DNA of 53,585 nucleotides from Terriglobia bacterium (GTDB lineage Bacteria; Acidobacteriota; Terriglobia; Acidiferrales; UBA7541): assembly GCA_041496565.1 (NCBI GenBank), contig JBGQEW010000001.1:1-53585 (forward strand), read 5' to 3'. Each line of letters opens with the position of its first letter. The stretch's first letter is position 1. Both the position numbers and the translations under genes were made by a program. Shown here piece by piece: positions 1 through 9,569 of the stretch. The notes under the pieces are model-generated. The model searched no databases and was not told where the DNA came from. It was given only the letters and a program-made list of their open reading frames with translations.

Positions 1-188
1 GCGAGCCACTCAAACCGTTCCTGACTGGTTGGATGGTTGGGAAGCAGGTAGCCGGAGTTGCCAAGCGGCACCGCGCCAAAGCGTTGCAGCTTTCGCCAGA
101 CTTCAACCCGCTGGCTGGCTCGCTTTGCGGGCAGGGTGAAGGTCAGCAGCAACCAAGGAGTGGCGCTCCTGCTGTTAGATACGGCCAT
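1..188 (-). CDS. ChrB N-terminal-domain-like protein, 5' part only (continues beyond the left edge)
   Basis: Not in the ORF track because there is no stop in the window. Reverse-strand ATG at 188-186 opens a frame reading MAVSNSRSATPWLLLTFTLPAKRASQRVEVWRKLQRFGAVPLGNSGYLLPNHPTSQERFEWLA. The W-L-L-L...LP...RV.VWR.L...GA..L..S.YLLP pattern matches the ChrB N-terminal domain as I remember it. Confidence 0.4.
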   Translation of the reverse strand, partial: MAVSNSRSATPWLLLTFTLPAKRASQRVEVWRKLQRFGAVPLGNSGYLLPNHPTSQERFEWL

Positions 189-309
189 ATCTAAGCGATG
201 TTATACTTATAACTATAATGTGGTCAACCTCATTGAACATGCTGGGTCGCTCGCCGAACGGGACATTTTCTAGACTGTTGCTAGAGGAGCTTAACACTCC
301 CTTCCTTGT

Positions 310-2273
310 TTGGCTGCCGCTGTCCTGATGGCGATTCCTGCCTGGCCACAAGAGACGCCAAAGGACCTGGGTAATAAGAGCATCGAAGCCCTGATGAACA
401 TTGAGGTGACTTCCGTCTCGAAGAAAGAACAAAAGCTGTCGCGCACGGCAGCCGCAATCTTTGTCATCACTCAGGAGGATATTCGCCGCTCGGGTGCCAC
501 CAACATTCCCGATCTTTTGCGCATGGTGCCGGGACTGGACGTGGCGCAAGTGAATAGCAGTACGTGGGCCATCAGTTCCCGCGGGTTTAACGATCAAGCC
601 GCTAACAAGCTCTTGGTGTTGATCGATGGTCGCACCGTGTACTCCCCGCTTTTCGGCGGAGTCTTTTGGGATGTGCAGCAAGTTCCGCTTGAAATCATCG
701 ACCATATCGAAGTCATTCGTGGCCCCGGAGCCGCCGTGGGGGGGCAAATGCCGTTAATGGCGTCATCAATATCACCACCAAAAAAGCGTCGGACACTCAA
801 GGAGGACTTATTAGCGGTGGCGGTGGCACCTATGAACGAGGATTCGGAACCGCTCAATTCGGTGGCAAAATGGGAAGCGACACCTATTACCGCGCCTTCA
901 TGAACGCCTTCGATCGGAATCATTTTATTGGTTTGGCCGGGCAGGACGGCCATGACGAATGGGACACCTATCGGACCGGATTCCGCGTAGATAGCAAACT
1001 CGACGCCAAAGACTCGATCACCTTTCAGGGAGACGCATACAAGGGCAGTGAAGGCGAGGTTGTGGCGTCGGTCACTTCTCTTCAACTACCGCAGCCCCAG
1101 ATACTGAACCTGCGTCAGCGCTTGGGAGGCTGGGATCTTCTATCCCGCTGGGATCACGCCCTTTCATCAACTTCACAAACGACGCTTCAGGTTTATTTCG
1201 ATCGCACCAATCGTGGCGACTCCACCTATGGAGAGGGTCGCGACACATTTGACGTCGATTTTCAGCATCACATCGCCTGGGGACATCGGCAGGATTTAGT
1301 TTGGGGTCTCGGATATCGCGCCACGTCCGATAGCATTCGCGGCACGATCAGAGTCTCTTTCAATCCTTCCAGCGAAACAGATCGGCTTTTTGGCTCGTTC
1401 GTGCAGGATGAAATTGCCATCCTTCCCCGACGCTTGTATTTCACGCTAGGAGCCAAGCTCGAACATAACCACTCTACGGGCTTCGGTGCGCAACCTAGCG
1501 CCAGCATCGCCTGGCTTGTAAATGACAAAAACATGCTCTGGGCCTCCGTCTCCAGGGCCATGCACACGCCCGCGCGTGATGAAGATGTGCGTTTCAATCA
1601 GAGGGTATTACCTGGGCCGGTTCTGGTCAGCTTTTTTAGCGCAGGGCAAAAAAACGAAAACGTTCTTGCCGAAGAACTCGGCTATCGCACTCAGCTTTCG
1701 ACAGAACTTTCGTTGGACCTGACTGCTTTTTACAATTCCTATACCCATCTCAGATCCGGAGAGTTCGGAACTCCGTTCTTGGAATCCAGCCCTGCCCCCG
1801 ACCATATGGTTTTTCCAATCAACGCCGGGAATTTGATCCATGGCGAGAGCCACGGAGCTGAGATGGCTCTGAACTGGAAGCCAGCCAGCCGCTGGACTCT
1901 CAGTTCGGGTTACTCATACTTGCAACTGCATATGCACCGCGATCCAACGAGTACGGATGGCGTCACTCCTGTGACAATTGAAGGCAGCAGCCCCCGTGAG
2001 CAAGCGCAGTTGCGCTCCCATCTCGAATTGGCATCCAGGTGGACATGGGATGCTTCGGTCTATTTCGTCGGGCCCCTACACGCCTTGCAAATACCCTCTT
2101 ATACGCGCCTGGATACCGGGTTGACGTGGAAGATTGGCGAAAAGTTGTCGCTCAGCGTTGTCGGGCAGAATCTTCTCCTCGATCATCATCTTGAGTCCAG
2201 TGGGCCCGACCAAATAGTCGTATCCGGAATCGTGAAACGCAGCGCTTATGCGAAGTTCACTTGGCAGTTTTGA
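310..2273 (+). pseudogene. TonB-dependent receptor, interrupted by a frameshift in a G7 homopolymer (738-744)
   Basis: ORF 310-903 encodes the plug domain (IFVITQEDIRRSGATNIPDLLRMVPGLDV, VLIDGRTVYSPLFGGVFWD, IEVIRGPGAA). The expected continuation ANAVNGVINITTKKASDTQGGLISGGGGTYERGFGTAQFGGKMGSDTYYRAF is in the frame of ORF 870-2273. That ORF carries the beta-barrel and ends in the typical aromatic C-terminus ...AYAKFTWQF. The frames switch within gtgGGGGGGGca at 736-746. Confidence 0.8.
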
Positions 2274-2371
2274 TCGCACGGCAAATTACTTTGAGCCATA
2301 CGAACGGATTGCGAGTGGGGTTCCGGCACAGGAGATGGGGGACGCGATCACCGCGAGCTGCGCACTGTCGC

Positions 2372-2932
2372 GTGCGGCTCTGCGCCACGGCCCTCGCGGC
2401 AGTCTCGGCGCTTGCTGGCGCGCCTCCAACCGGGGCTCAAGCCACTCCGTCGGTCGAGTATCAAGTCAAGGCAGCGTTTCTTCTAAACTTTACAAAATTT
2501 ATCGAATGGCCGGCAAACGTTTTTCACGGTGAAAAAACACCCATCACTGTCTGCGTATTTGGATACGACCCATTTGGCAGCACTCTCGATGAAGTCATTC
2601 GGGGAAGGACAATCAACGGCCGCGAGGTGTTGGCGCGGCGGATCAATGAATTGCCGGACCTGAATTCCTGCCAGCTGGTTTTCGTCAGTGAGAAGGAAGA
2701 TAAGCGTCTGCCGGACCTATTGAACAGTTTGAAGGGGGCGAGTGTGCTCGTTGTCGGAGAGGGCGAGGATTTTGCGGAGCGAGGTGGCACAATCCAATTC
2801 TACTTGGAAGGGAACCGGCTGCGCTTCGCCGTCAACGTGGATGCGCTGCAAAGGGACCGCCTGAATGTCAGTTCCAAACTGCTCGCACTGGCCAAAATCG
2901 TCCACGACAAAAGTCATCCGAAAGGAAACTGA
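2372..2932 (+). CDS. YfiR family (DUF4154) periplasmic protein
   Basis: ORF 2261-2932. Contains VEYQVKAAFLLNFTKFIEWP, CVFGYDPFG, CQLVFVS, LVVGEGEDFAERGGTIQFYLEGNRLRFAVNVDALQRDRLNVSSKLLALAKIV, the hallmark YfiR/DUF4154 layout. A GTG at 2372 gives a plausible signal peptide (M)RLCATALAAVSALAGAPPTGAQA. The upstream alternative start at 2261 cannot be excluded. Confidence 0.7.
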   Translation: MRLCATALAAVSALAGAPPTGAQATPSVEYQVKAAFLLNFTKFIEWPANVFHGEKTPITVCVFGYDPFGSTLDEVIRGRTINGREVLARRINELPDLNSCQLVFVSEKEDKRLPDLLNSLKGASVLVVGEGEDFAERGGTIQFYLEGNRLRFAVNVDALQRDRLNVSSKLLALAKIVHDKSHPKGN

Positions 2933-2933
2933 G

Positions 2934-5621
2934 ATGCGTTCGTACCTAGACCTATCCATCCGTCATAAGCTCCAAGGCATGGTGATCATCGCCTGCGGCG
3001 TTGCCTTGTTCGTGGCATCCACAGCATTCACCATTTACGATCGGACCACTTTCCTCCGTGCAAAAACAGCCGATCTCATTGCCTCCGCGAAAATGATCGG
3101 ATCGAACAGCACCGCGGCGCTTACCTTTCATGATTCCGGATCGGCACGGGAGATCCTAAGCGCGCTGCGAGCCAAGCAGCATGTGATTCATTCCTGTATT
3201 TACGACGCCGATGGCAAAGTCTTCGCGAAGTACAGCCGGGACCCGACCGAACTTGGTTCTTGTCCTCCTCCAGCCCAAGGAGAAGGAAGCACGCTTGTGA
3301 CACGACACATGGTCTTATTCCAGAACATAGTCCTGAATGGTGATTCCATCGGCACGATATACATTGAAGCAGATCTGGGGGACCTTCATGAGCGATTCCT
3401 GCGATTCGTGGTGATTGATTTCGTTGTGTTACTGGGTTCGCTGGCGATTGCATACGTATTGTCTTATCGGCTGCAGCGCGTGATTTCGGAACCGATACGG
3501 GAGCTGGCAGAGACCGCATCGTCGGTCTCCGTCCATGAAAACTATTCGATTCGCGCCACAAAGAGAAGCCAGGACGAAATCGGGGTTTTGTTTGACCAGT
3601 TCAACAGCATGCTCGACCGCATCCAACAGCGGGATGTCGCTATACAGAAAGCGCACGATAATCTCGAGAACAGAGTCGAAGAGCGGACCGCGTATCTCAA
3701 TGCCCTCATCGAAAATAGCCCGCTCGCCATTATGGTGCTGGACTCGGCAGAAAAGATTCAACTATGCAATCCAGCGTTTGAACAGATGTTTCAATATTCC
3801 AAGATAGAATTGATCGGCAAACCGGCCGACGGACTCCTGGCGGATGGGGGCCTCCTCGCGGAAGCACGCAATATTTCCCATGGGACGCTCGGCGGAACAC
3901 CCGTGAATCTGGTGACGCGACGCAAGCGAAAAGACGGGAGCCTGGTGGACGTCGAACTTCACGGTGTGCCCCTGGTCGTGAACGGCCAGGTGGTTGGCTC
4001 GCTGGGCATCTATCAAGACATTTCCGTCCGCAAACGAGCCGAAGAAGCAATGCAGCAAGCGAAAGAAGCGGCGGAAGCTACCAGCCGGGCCAAGAGCGAG
4101 TTCCTTGCCAACATGAGCCATGAAATCCGCACGCCAATGAATGGAATCATGGGAATGACGGAACTCGTTCTCGACACCGAACTCGACTCTGAACAACGCG
4201 AGTACTTGAACATGGCCAAGATGTCCGCCGACTCTTTGCTTTCCCTGATCAATGACATCCTGGATTATTCCAAGATCGAAGCCGGCAAGCTCGAGATCGA
4301 CACGATTGATTTCAATCTCGGAGACACCATTGGCGACACGATGAAAACGCTAAGTCTCCGCGCACATCAAAAGGGACTGGAGCTCGCCTACGATCTTCAG
4401 CCGGACGTTCCCGATGCGCTCATGGGAGACCCAGGACGCTTGAGACAAATCATTGTGAATTTGGTCGGAAACGCCATCAAGTTCACCGAGAGGGGCGAAG
4501 TGATCCTTTACATGCAGACCGAGAGGAGGACGAGTGAGGATATTCAGCTCCATTTCACCGTTTCAGATACCGGGATCGGAATTCCCCCTGAAAAACAGGC
4601 CGCAATCTTTGAAGCCTTTACGCAAGCTGACGGATCCATGAGTCGCACTTACGGCGGCACGGGATTGGGTCTCACCATTTCGTCCCGGCTCGTCGGACTC
4701 ATGCACGGGCGAATTTGGGTGGAAAGTGAGCTCAACAAGGGCAGTCGTTTCCATTTCTCCGCGCAATTTGGACTGCAGAAGGCGCCCGCGAGAACCATTG
4801 TCCCGCGGGATCCGGCGACCTTGCGTGACATGCGAGTGCTCGTCGTGGACGACAACGCGACAAACCGGCAAATCTTGCTCAAAATGCTTGACCACTGGCA
4901 CACAAGGCCTTTGGCCGTGGAAAGCGGCGCGAAGGCAATGACCGCCTTGAGCGAGGCCCAAGGCTTGGGAAGAAATTATCCTCTTATTCTTCTCGATGCC
5001 CAAATGCCCGAAATGGACGGATTCGCGTTGGCTGAATGTATTAAGAGGAACCCAGAATGGGGAGCGGCCACCATCATGATGTTAAGCTCCGCCGGCCAGC
5101 GTGGGGACGCCAAACGCTGCCGTGAATTAGGCGTCGCCGCCTATCTCACCAAGCCCGTTCGGCAGGGAGAATTATTAGACGCCGTTTTGACCGCGTTGGG
5201 GACGAAACCAATAAGAGAAGCTCCGCCTCCCCTGGTTACCCGCCACTCTCTCCGCGAGAATAGCAAGCACCTGCGCATCCTGCTAGTCGAGGATAACGCC
5301 GTGAACCAGATGCTTGCGGTCCGGCTACTGGAGAAACGCGGCCACAAGGTGATTGTGGCAGGGAACGGCAAAGAAGCATTGGCGGCCCTGGAAAAAGACT
5401 CATTCGACCTGGTGCTCATGGACGTTCAAATGCCCGAGATGGACGGCTTCGAAGCGACCGCGGTGATTCGGGAGAAAGAGAAAACGTCCGGGAATCACCT
5501 GCCCGTCATCGCCATGACCGCTCACGCGATGGCAGGAGACAGAGAGCGCTGTCTTGAGGCCGGAATGGATGACTACATCACGAAACCGATTCGGCCGGAG
5601 GAATTGACCGAACTGCTTTGA
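2934..5621 (+). CDS. Hybrid sensor histidine kinase (TM - periplasmic sensor - TM - HAMP - PAS - HisKA - HATPase_c - two receiver domains)
   Basis: ATG at 2934 (residue 24 of ORF 2865-5621) lies 1 nt after the YfiR stop. H-box EFLANMSHEIRTPMNGI. N/G boxes NLVGNAIKFT, DTGIGI, GGTGLGLTIS. Two receivers (VLVVDDNATNRQ...LLDAQMPEMDG and ILLVEDNAVNQ...VLMDVQMPEMDG...TKP). Confidence 0.9.
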   Translation: MRSYLDLSIRHKLQGMVIIACGVALFVASTAFTIYDRTTFLRAKTADLIASAKMIGSNSTAALTFHDSGSAREILSALRAKQHVIHSCIYDADGKVFAKYSRDPTELGSCPPPAQGEGSTLVTRHMVLFQNIVLNGDSIGTIYIEADLGDLHERFLRFVVIDFVVLLGSLAIAYVLSYRLQRVISEPIRELAETASSVSVHENYSIRATKRSQDEIGVLFDQFNSMLDRIQQRDVAIQKAHDNLENRVEERTAYLNALIENSPLAIMVLDSAEKIQLCNPAFEQMFQYSKIELIGKPADGLLADGGLLAEARNISHGTLGGTPVNLVTRRKRKDGSLVDVELHGVPLVVNGQVVGSLGIYQDISVRKRAEEAMQQAKEAAEATSRAKSEFLANMSHEIRTPMNGIMGMTELVLDTELDSEQREYLNMAKMSADSLLSLINDILDYSKIEAGKLEIDTIDFNLGDTIGDTMKTLSLRAHQKGLELAYDLQPDVPDALMGDPGRLRQIIVNLVGNAIKFTERGEVILYMQTERRTSEDIQLHFTVSDTGIGIPPEKQAAIFEAFTQADGSMSRTYGGTGLGLTISSRLVGLMHGRIWVESELNKGSRFHFSAQFGLQKAPARTIVPRDPATLRDMRVLVVDDNATNRQILLKMLDHWHTRPLAVESGAKAMTALSEAQGLGRNYPLILLDAQMPEMDGFALAECIKRNPEWGAATIMMLSSAGQRGDAKRCRELGVAAYLTKPVRQGELLDAVLTALGTKPIREAPPPLVTRHSLRENSKHLRILLVEDNAVNQMLAVRLLEKRGHKVIVAGNGKEALAALEKDSFDLVLMDVQMPEMDGFEATAVIREKEKTSGNHLPVIAMTAHAMAGDRERCLEAGMDDYITKPIRPEELTELL

Positions 5622-5824
5622 CGCTATTCACCTGCCGCTCCGACAGAGACCTATTGCGGAATTCGAGGTCCAGCATGAGCTGGAAGCAACCCCGGCACGG
5701 AGGACCACCGGTAGCCGTAATCGTGAAACCGTGGCTCGTGACCTTGGACTACGGTACGGGGTTCAGGATGTTCTCGATGCGCATCGGAGGGCTCTCCGCG
5801 ATGGCGGGCGTCATTCGAGAGAGG

Positions 5825-6634
5825 TCATTTCGCAATGCGCCGCTGTAAGACTTCGAGGATTCCTGTAACGAACATCGCCGGAGTCGGTGGGCAGCCGGGG
5901 ATATATCCGTCCACGGGAATCACCGCGTCCACCGCGCCGACGATTGCGTGGCTACCGGCAAAAATCCCGCCGCTACATCCACAAGCTCCTACGGCGACTA
6001 CCAACTTGGGCGCGGGCACGGCTTCGTACGCAGCCTTGACGGCTTCGGCCATATTGCGTGTGACCGGTCCCGTCACCAAGAGCATGTCGGCATGCTTCGG
6101 AGAGGCCACAAAATGAATGCCAAACCGTTCCAGGTCGTAATACGGGTTCGTGAGAGCGGTGATTTCCGCCTCGCATCCGTTGCAAGAACCGGAATCGAGT
6201 TGACGGATGTTCAACGCCCTTTGCAAAAGAGAGTGAATCTGCATGCGTGCAGCTTCTGGGGACGGGGCACTCAGGGTAATTTCGGTGCGGCCCTCGATAT
6301 CCCAGCGCCGCACCGTCTGTTCTTTTGGCACACCGCACCGGGTGAATTGTTTCGCTGTAACTGCGGCTCCTTCGCCAAATTCAATACACTTGCCGCACCC
6401 AATGCACTCGCCGTAGGAAAGCCTCAGGCAGCTTTGGCCCTCGCGTTCTTCCATGCCAAGCGCCGCCGTGGGGCAGACCTCGACCAGTCTCTGAGCGATC
6501 GCCGGCGTCAAGCGATCCGCGACGATCTCGGGCATGCGGCTGCCGTCGCAGTTCCCCAGCAGAGTTTCTACCGGGATCAATCTGTCCGGCTGGCGCAGAC
6601 TCTGCCCAATCACGTCACCGATCATCGGTCGCAT
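5825..6634 (-). CDS. NuoB/HycG-like [4Fe-4S] small subunit with an N-terminal degenerate ferredoxin-like extension (Ehr/group-4-hydrogenase-like module)
   Basis: Met51 of ORF 5825-6784 (MRPMIGD) overlaps the upstream stop. C-terminal part: DSGSCNGCEAEI...SPKHADMLLVTGPVT...GACGCSGGIF...VDGYIPGCPPTP, the NuoB/HycG cluster-binding pattern. N-terminal part: ...CPTAAL...CIGCGKCIE, one complete and one remnant ferredoxin motif. Confidence 0.8.
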   Translation of the reverse strand: MRPMIGDVIGQSLRQPDRLIPVETLLGNCDGSRMPEIVADRLTPAIAQRLVEVCPTAALGMEEREGQSCLRLSYGECIGCGKCIEFGEGAAVTAKQFTRCGVPKEQTVRRWDIEGRTEITLSAPSPEAARMQIHSLLQRALNIRQLDSGSCNGCEAEITALTNPYYDLERFGIHFVASPKHADMLLVTGPVTRNMAEAVKAAYEAVPAPKLVVAVGACGCSGGIFAGSHAIVGAVDAVIPVDGYIPGCPPTPAMFVTGILEVLQRRIAK

Positions 6635-8115
6635 CCCGAGTACGAAAGATTGAAACTTTTGTTGATCAGCGGAAAATCCGCAATGATGTTGCCCGCCACT
6701 GCCACCGGCATGACGGGCCAATTCTGAAACGACGGAGACTTGATGTGACACCGAGTCAATCGGCCGCCGCGCGCTTCCATCCAATAGCAGAGCTCCCCGC
6801 GGGGCGATTCCACTGCAGAAAATCCTTGGATGTCTCCTGGTGCGGCGAGCGGAGTGAAGACGCTTCCATCCGGAAGGGATCCCGCGGCCTCCTGAATCAA
6901 TTGTGCCGAGATCGCCGCCTCGGCAATGCGAATTTTCGCGCGCGCCATCACGTCTCCGTAATGCGTGACGGGAACCTCGATTTGATGCTGGCGGTAGCGC
7001 CCGTACGGGTGGTCGCGCCGAGCGTCGAGATCGATTCCGCTGGCGCGCGCGACGGGTCCGACGGCCGCGAGGTCCCGCGCGGCTTCCTGGCTCAGTATTC
7101 CCGCCGTTTCAAAACGGTTCTGGATGGAGGGCGTTTCGAGAATCAAACGCGCGACCTCCGAAAATTCACGGTGGGCTCGAGCCACAACTTGCGCGAGTTG
7201 GGCCACCTTGCCGGAATCGAGATCCAATCGCAGACCGCCTGGGACTGCGATACCGCGCCAGTAGCGCGTTCCGCAACACTGCGCTGACTCTCGAAGCAGG
7301 GATTCCTTGAGCCGCGCCGCATAGGCTGCGGGTACGCCGAAACCTACGTCGGTGCACAACCCACCGACGTCCGAGATGTGACAGACAAGCCGCTCGAGCT
7401 CCAGTGCAACCAGGCGGATGGCTGCGGCTCGCGGCGGAGCGTTGATTTCGCAGGCATTTTCCACCGCCTGGGAGTAGCACACCGCGTGGGCGAAGCAGTT
7501 GTCGCCGGAGACCGATTCCGCGAGCATCGCTCCATTCACAAACTGTCTTCCTTCGAAGAGTTTCTCGGTGCCTTTGTGAGTGTAGAAGTGGCGCAACTCG
7601 AGATGCAAAACTGTGTCGCCGACCACGCTGAAGCGGAAATGTCCGGGCTCTATTACGCCTGCGTGAACGGGCCCGACTGCGACTTCTGCGATGCCCTCGC
7701 CTTGAACCTGCAAGAAGCGGTACTCACGCTTCGACCAAGGAACGTCGTCCACCGGATCCATCATCGGGTACACACCGTCGGGCCAGTTATCGTGGAAGAG
7801 CAGTGGTCGCAAATCGGGGTGCCCCACGATCTCGATGCCGTATTGGTCGTGGAGTTCTCTCTCATACCATACGGCTGCCGGCACCTCGGGTGTGATGGAC
7901 CCGAGCGGGCCATCAGCCGGCAGCACGATCTCGCGGTAATCGGGATTTCCGATATCAAAAATGTAATGAACCCGCTTCTCGCGCGTTGGACTCAGGCTTC
8001 CGAAAATGGTGACGAGACGCGCCCGGGCTCCCTCTTTGGTACGCGGAATTGTGGGCATCGTTCCCAAAGGAGTTCTTTCGCTGTGCGGAACCGCTGTTGG
8101 GAGGTTTTCCTTCAT
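6622..8115 (-). CDS. NuoC+NuoD / HycE-like 'large subunit' lacking the canonical [NiFe] cysteine ligands
   Basis: N-terminal NuoC-like part (VWYERELHDQYGIEIVGHPDLRPLLFHDNWPDGVYPM). NuoD/HycE-like part (PVHAGVIEPGHFRFSVVGDTVLHLELRHFYTHKGTEKLFE). The L1 position reads AESVSGDNCFAH and the C-terminus reads INKSFNLSYSGCDR, instead of RxCGxCxxxH and DPCxxCxDR. Confidence 0.85.
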   Translation of the reverse strand: MKENLPTAVPHSERTPLGTMPTIPRTKEGARARLVTIFGSLSPTREKRVHYIFDIGNPDYREIVLPADGPLGSITPEVPAAVWYERELHDQYGIEIVGHPDLRPLLFHDNWPDGVYPMMDPVDDVPWSKREYRFLQVQGEGIAEVAVGPVHAGVIEPGHFRFSVVGDTVLHLELRHFYTHKGTEKLFEGRQFVNGAMLAESVSGDNCFAHAVCYSQAVENACEINAPPRAAAIRLVALELERLVCHISDVGGLCTDVGFGVPAAYAARLKESLLRESAQCCGTRYWRGIAVPGGLRLDLDSGKVAQLAQVVARAHREFSEVARLILETPSIQNRFETAGILSQEAARDLAAVGPVARASGIDLDARRDHPYGRYRQHQIEVPVTHYGDVMARAKIRIAEAAISAQLIQEAAGSLPDGSVFTPLAAPGDIQGFSAVESPRGELCYWMEARGGRLTRCHIKSPSFQNWPVMPVAVAGNIIADFPLINKSFNLSYSGCDR

Positions 8116-9566
8116 CGCAACACCGCCGCCGCCTCCCGCAACAGAACACCGAAAAAGTAAGGAATCCGCGCGCCGAAAAATAACAGGCAGAGAACAGCGA
8201 TCCCCATGGATGTGTACTCGGACGGGATGAGCTTTGCTTTCTCCGCGCGCGGGTCCGGCTCTCCACAGAGCATGCGGAAGAGATGGTGAGCGAATCCGCC
8301 GAACACCAGCGAGAGTACGGCTAGGAAAACAATCGCAACCAGATAGCGCGCCTGCGTGAAGGCTTCGGACAGAATGGCAAACTCGCTGATGAACAGGCTA
8401 AACGGCGGCAAGCCGACAATCGCCAGACTCCCGATGAGCAGGGCGGCGCTCGTTTGCGGCAACGTTCGAGAAATGCCGCTGATTCCATCGATTCGTAACG
8501 TGCCCACATTGTGACGGACGTTACCGGCGCTGAAAAACAAGAGGGACTTTGCTACCGAGTGGTTGAATGTGTGCAGCAGCGCGCCGAAAAACCCCAACGG
8601 CCCTCCCAATCCCAGGCCGATGGCGATGATTCCCATGTGTTCGATGCTGCTATAGGCCATCAGACGTTTCAGGTTCCGTTGCACTAGAATGAGGAGCCCG
8701 GCAACAACCATAGACATCACGCCGAAGATAAGCAGCAGAGCGTGAGGGAAGCCGGGCCCTGCGGCCAGGGAGACAATCGCGTCGTAACGCATCAAGGCGT
8801 ACATGGCGCAGTTGAGCAGGACCGCTGAAAGCAAGGCGCTAATGGGCGTAGGAGCTTCGGCGTGCGCATCTGGCAACCAGCTGTGCATCGGAACGAAACC
8901 GATCTTCGTTCCGTAGCCAACGATGACGAACACGAATGCAAGCTTCAGCAAGTGCGGATCAAGTCCGATGTGAGGCGCGGCATTCATCAGTGAGACCCAA
9001 TCGAGCGCTGCGGCCGAACTCATGCCTGCCTTGACGGCGGCCAGATACAACACAATGGTGCCAAACAACGCGAAGGCGATTCCCACCGTGCACACGATCA
9101 GATACTTCCAGCCGGCCTCGACTGCCCCTTCGGTGTTGTAGAAGCCCACGAGCAAGGCCGAGGCCAGCGTCGTTCCCTCCATCATGATCCACATGAAGCC
9201 GAGGTTTGCTGCCAGGCAGACGCTGATCATGGTGAAAAGGAAGAGAAAGACCAGAGCATAAAACCAGCGCGGCGAGGTGAAACGCCCTTCTCCCATATGG
9301 CGGAAGTAGCCCGAGGCGTAAACCAGCACCAGACCGGAAATGAATGCGATGCCCACCAGAAAAAAAGAGCTCAGGCCATCAGCGCGCAAATATCGGCCTT
9401 CCTGCAGAGCTCCGTACTTGTGGACCTGCCAGACGACCGCGCCGAGCGCGGCAATTTCGAAGCCTCCCAGCACGAGCGCCGCACCCGTGGCGGCACGCAG
9501 GTTCTGGAAGCATAGGACGATGCCGGCCCCGAGAAGCGGGATGGCAAGTGGTAACAGGAGAATCAT
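8112..9566 (-). CDS. HyfF / NuoN(M)-like proton-conducting antiporter-type membrane subunit
   Basis: 484-aa polytopic protein with the antiporter-like core GFVPMHSWLPDAHAEAPTPISALLSAVLLNCAMYALMR and LKRLMAYSSIEHMGIIAIGLG. Its stop overlaps the next gene's start (8112-8115). Confidence 0.85.
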   Translation of the reverse strand: MILLLPLAIPLLGAGIVLCFQNLRAATGAALVLGGFEIAALGAVVWQVHKYGALQEGRYLRADGLSSFFLVGIAFISGLVLVYASGYFRHMGEGRFTSPRWFYALVFLFLFTMISVCLAANLGFMWIMMEGTTLASALLVGFYNTEGAVEAGWKYLIVCTVGIAFALFGTIVLYLAAVKAGMSSAAALDWVSLMNAAPHIGLDPHLLKLAFVFVIVGYGTKIGFVPMHSWLPDAHAEAPTPISALLSAVLLNCAMYALMRYDAIVSLAAGPGFPHALLLIFGVMSMVVAGLLILVQRNLKRLMAYSSIEHMGIIAIGLGLGGPLGFFGALLHTFNHSVAKSLLFFSAGNVRHNVGTLRIDGISGISRTLPQTSAALLIGSLAIVGLPPFSLFISEFAILSEAFTQARYLVAIVFLAVLSLVFGGFAHHLFRMLCGEPDPRAEKAKLIPSEYTSMGIAVLCLLFFGARIPYFFGVLLREAAAVLR

Positions 9567-9569
9567 CTC

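Noticed and set aside
58-747. ORFs 58-273(+) and 175-747(-) at the left edge.
   Set aside because: 58-273 is antisense to the ChrB-like N-terminus, and 175-747(-) is antisense to the TonB-dependent receptor plug domain. Neither has motifs.
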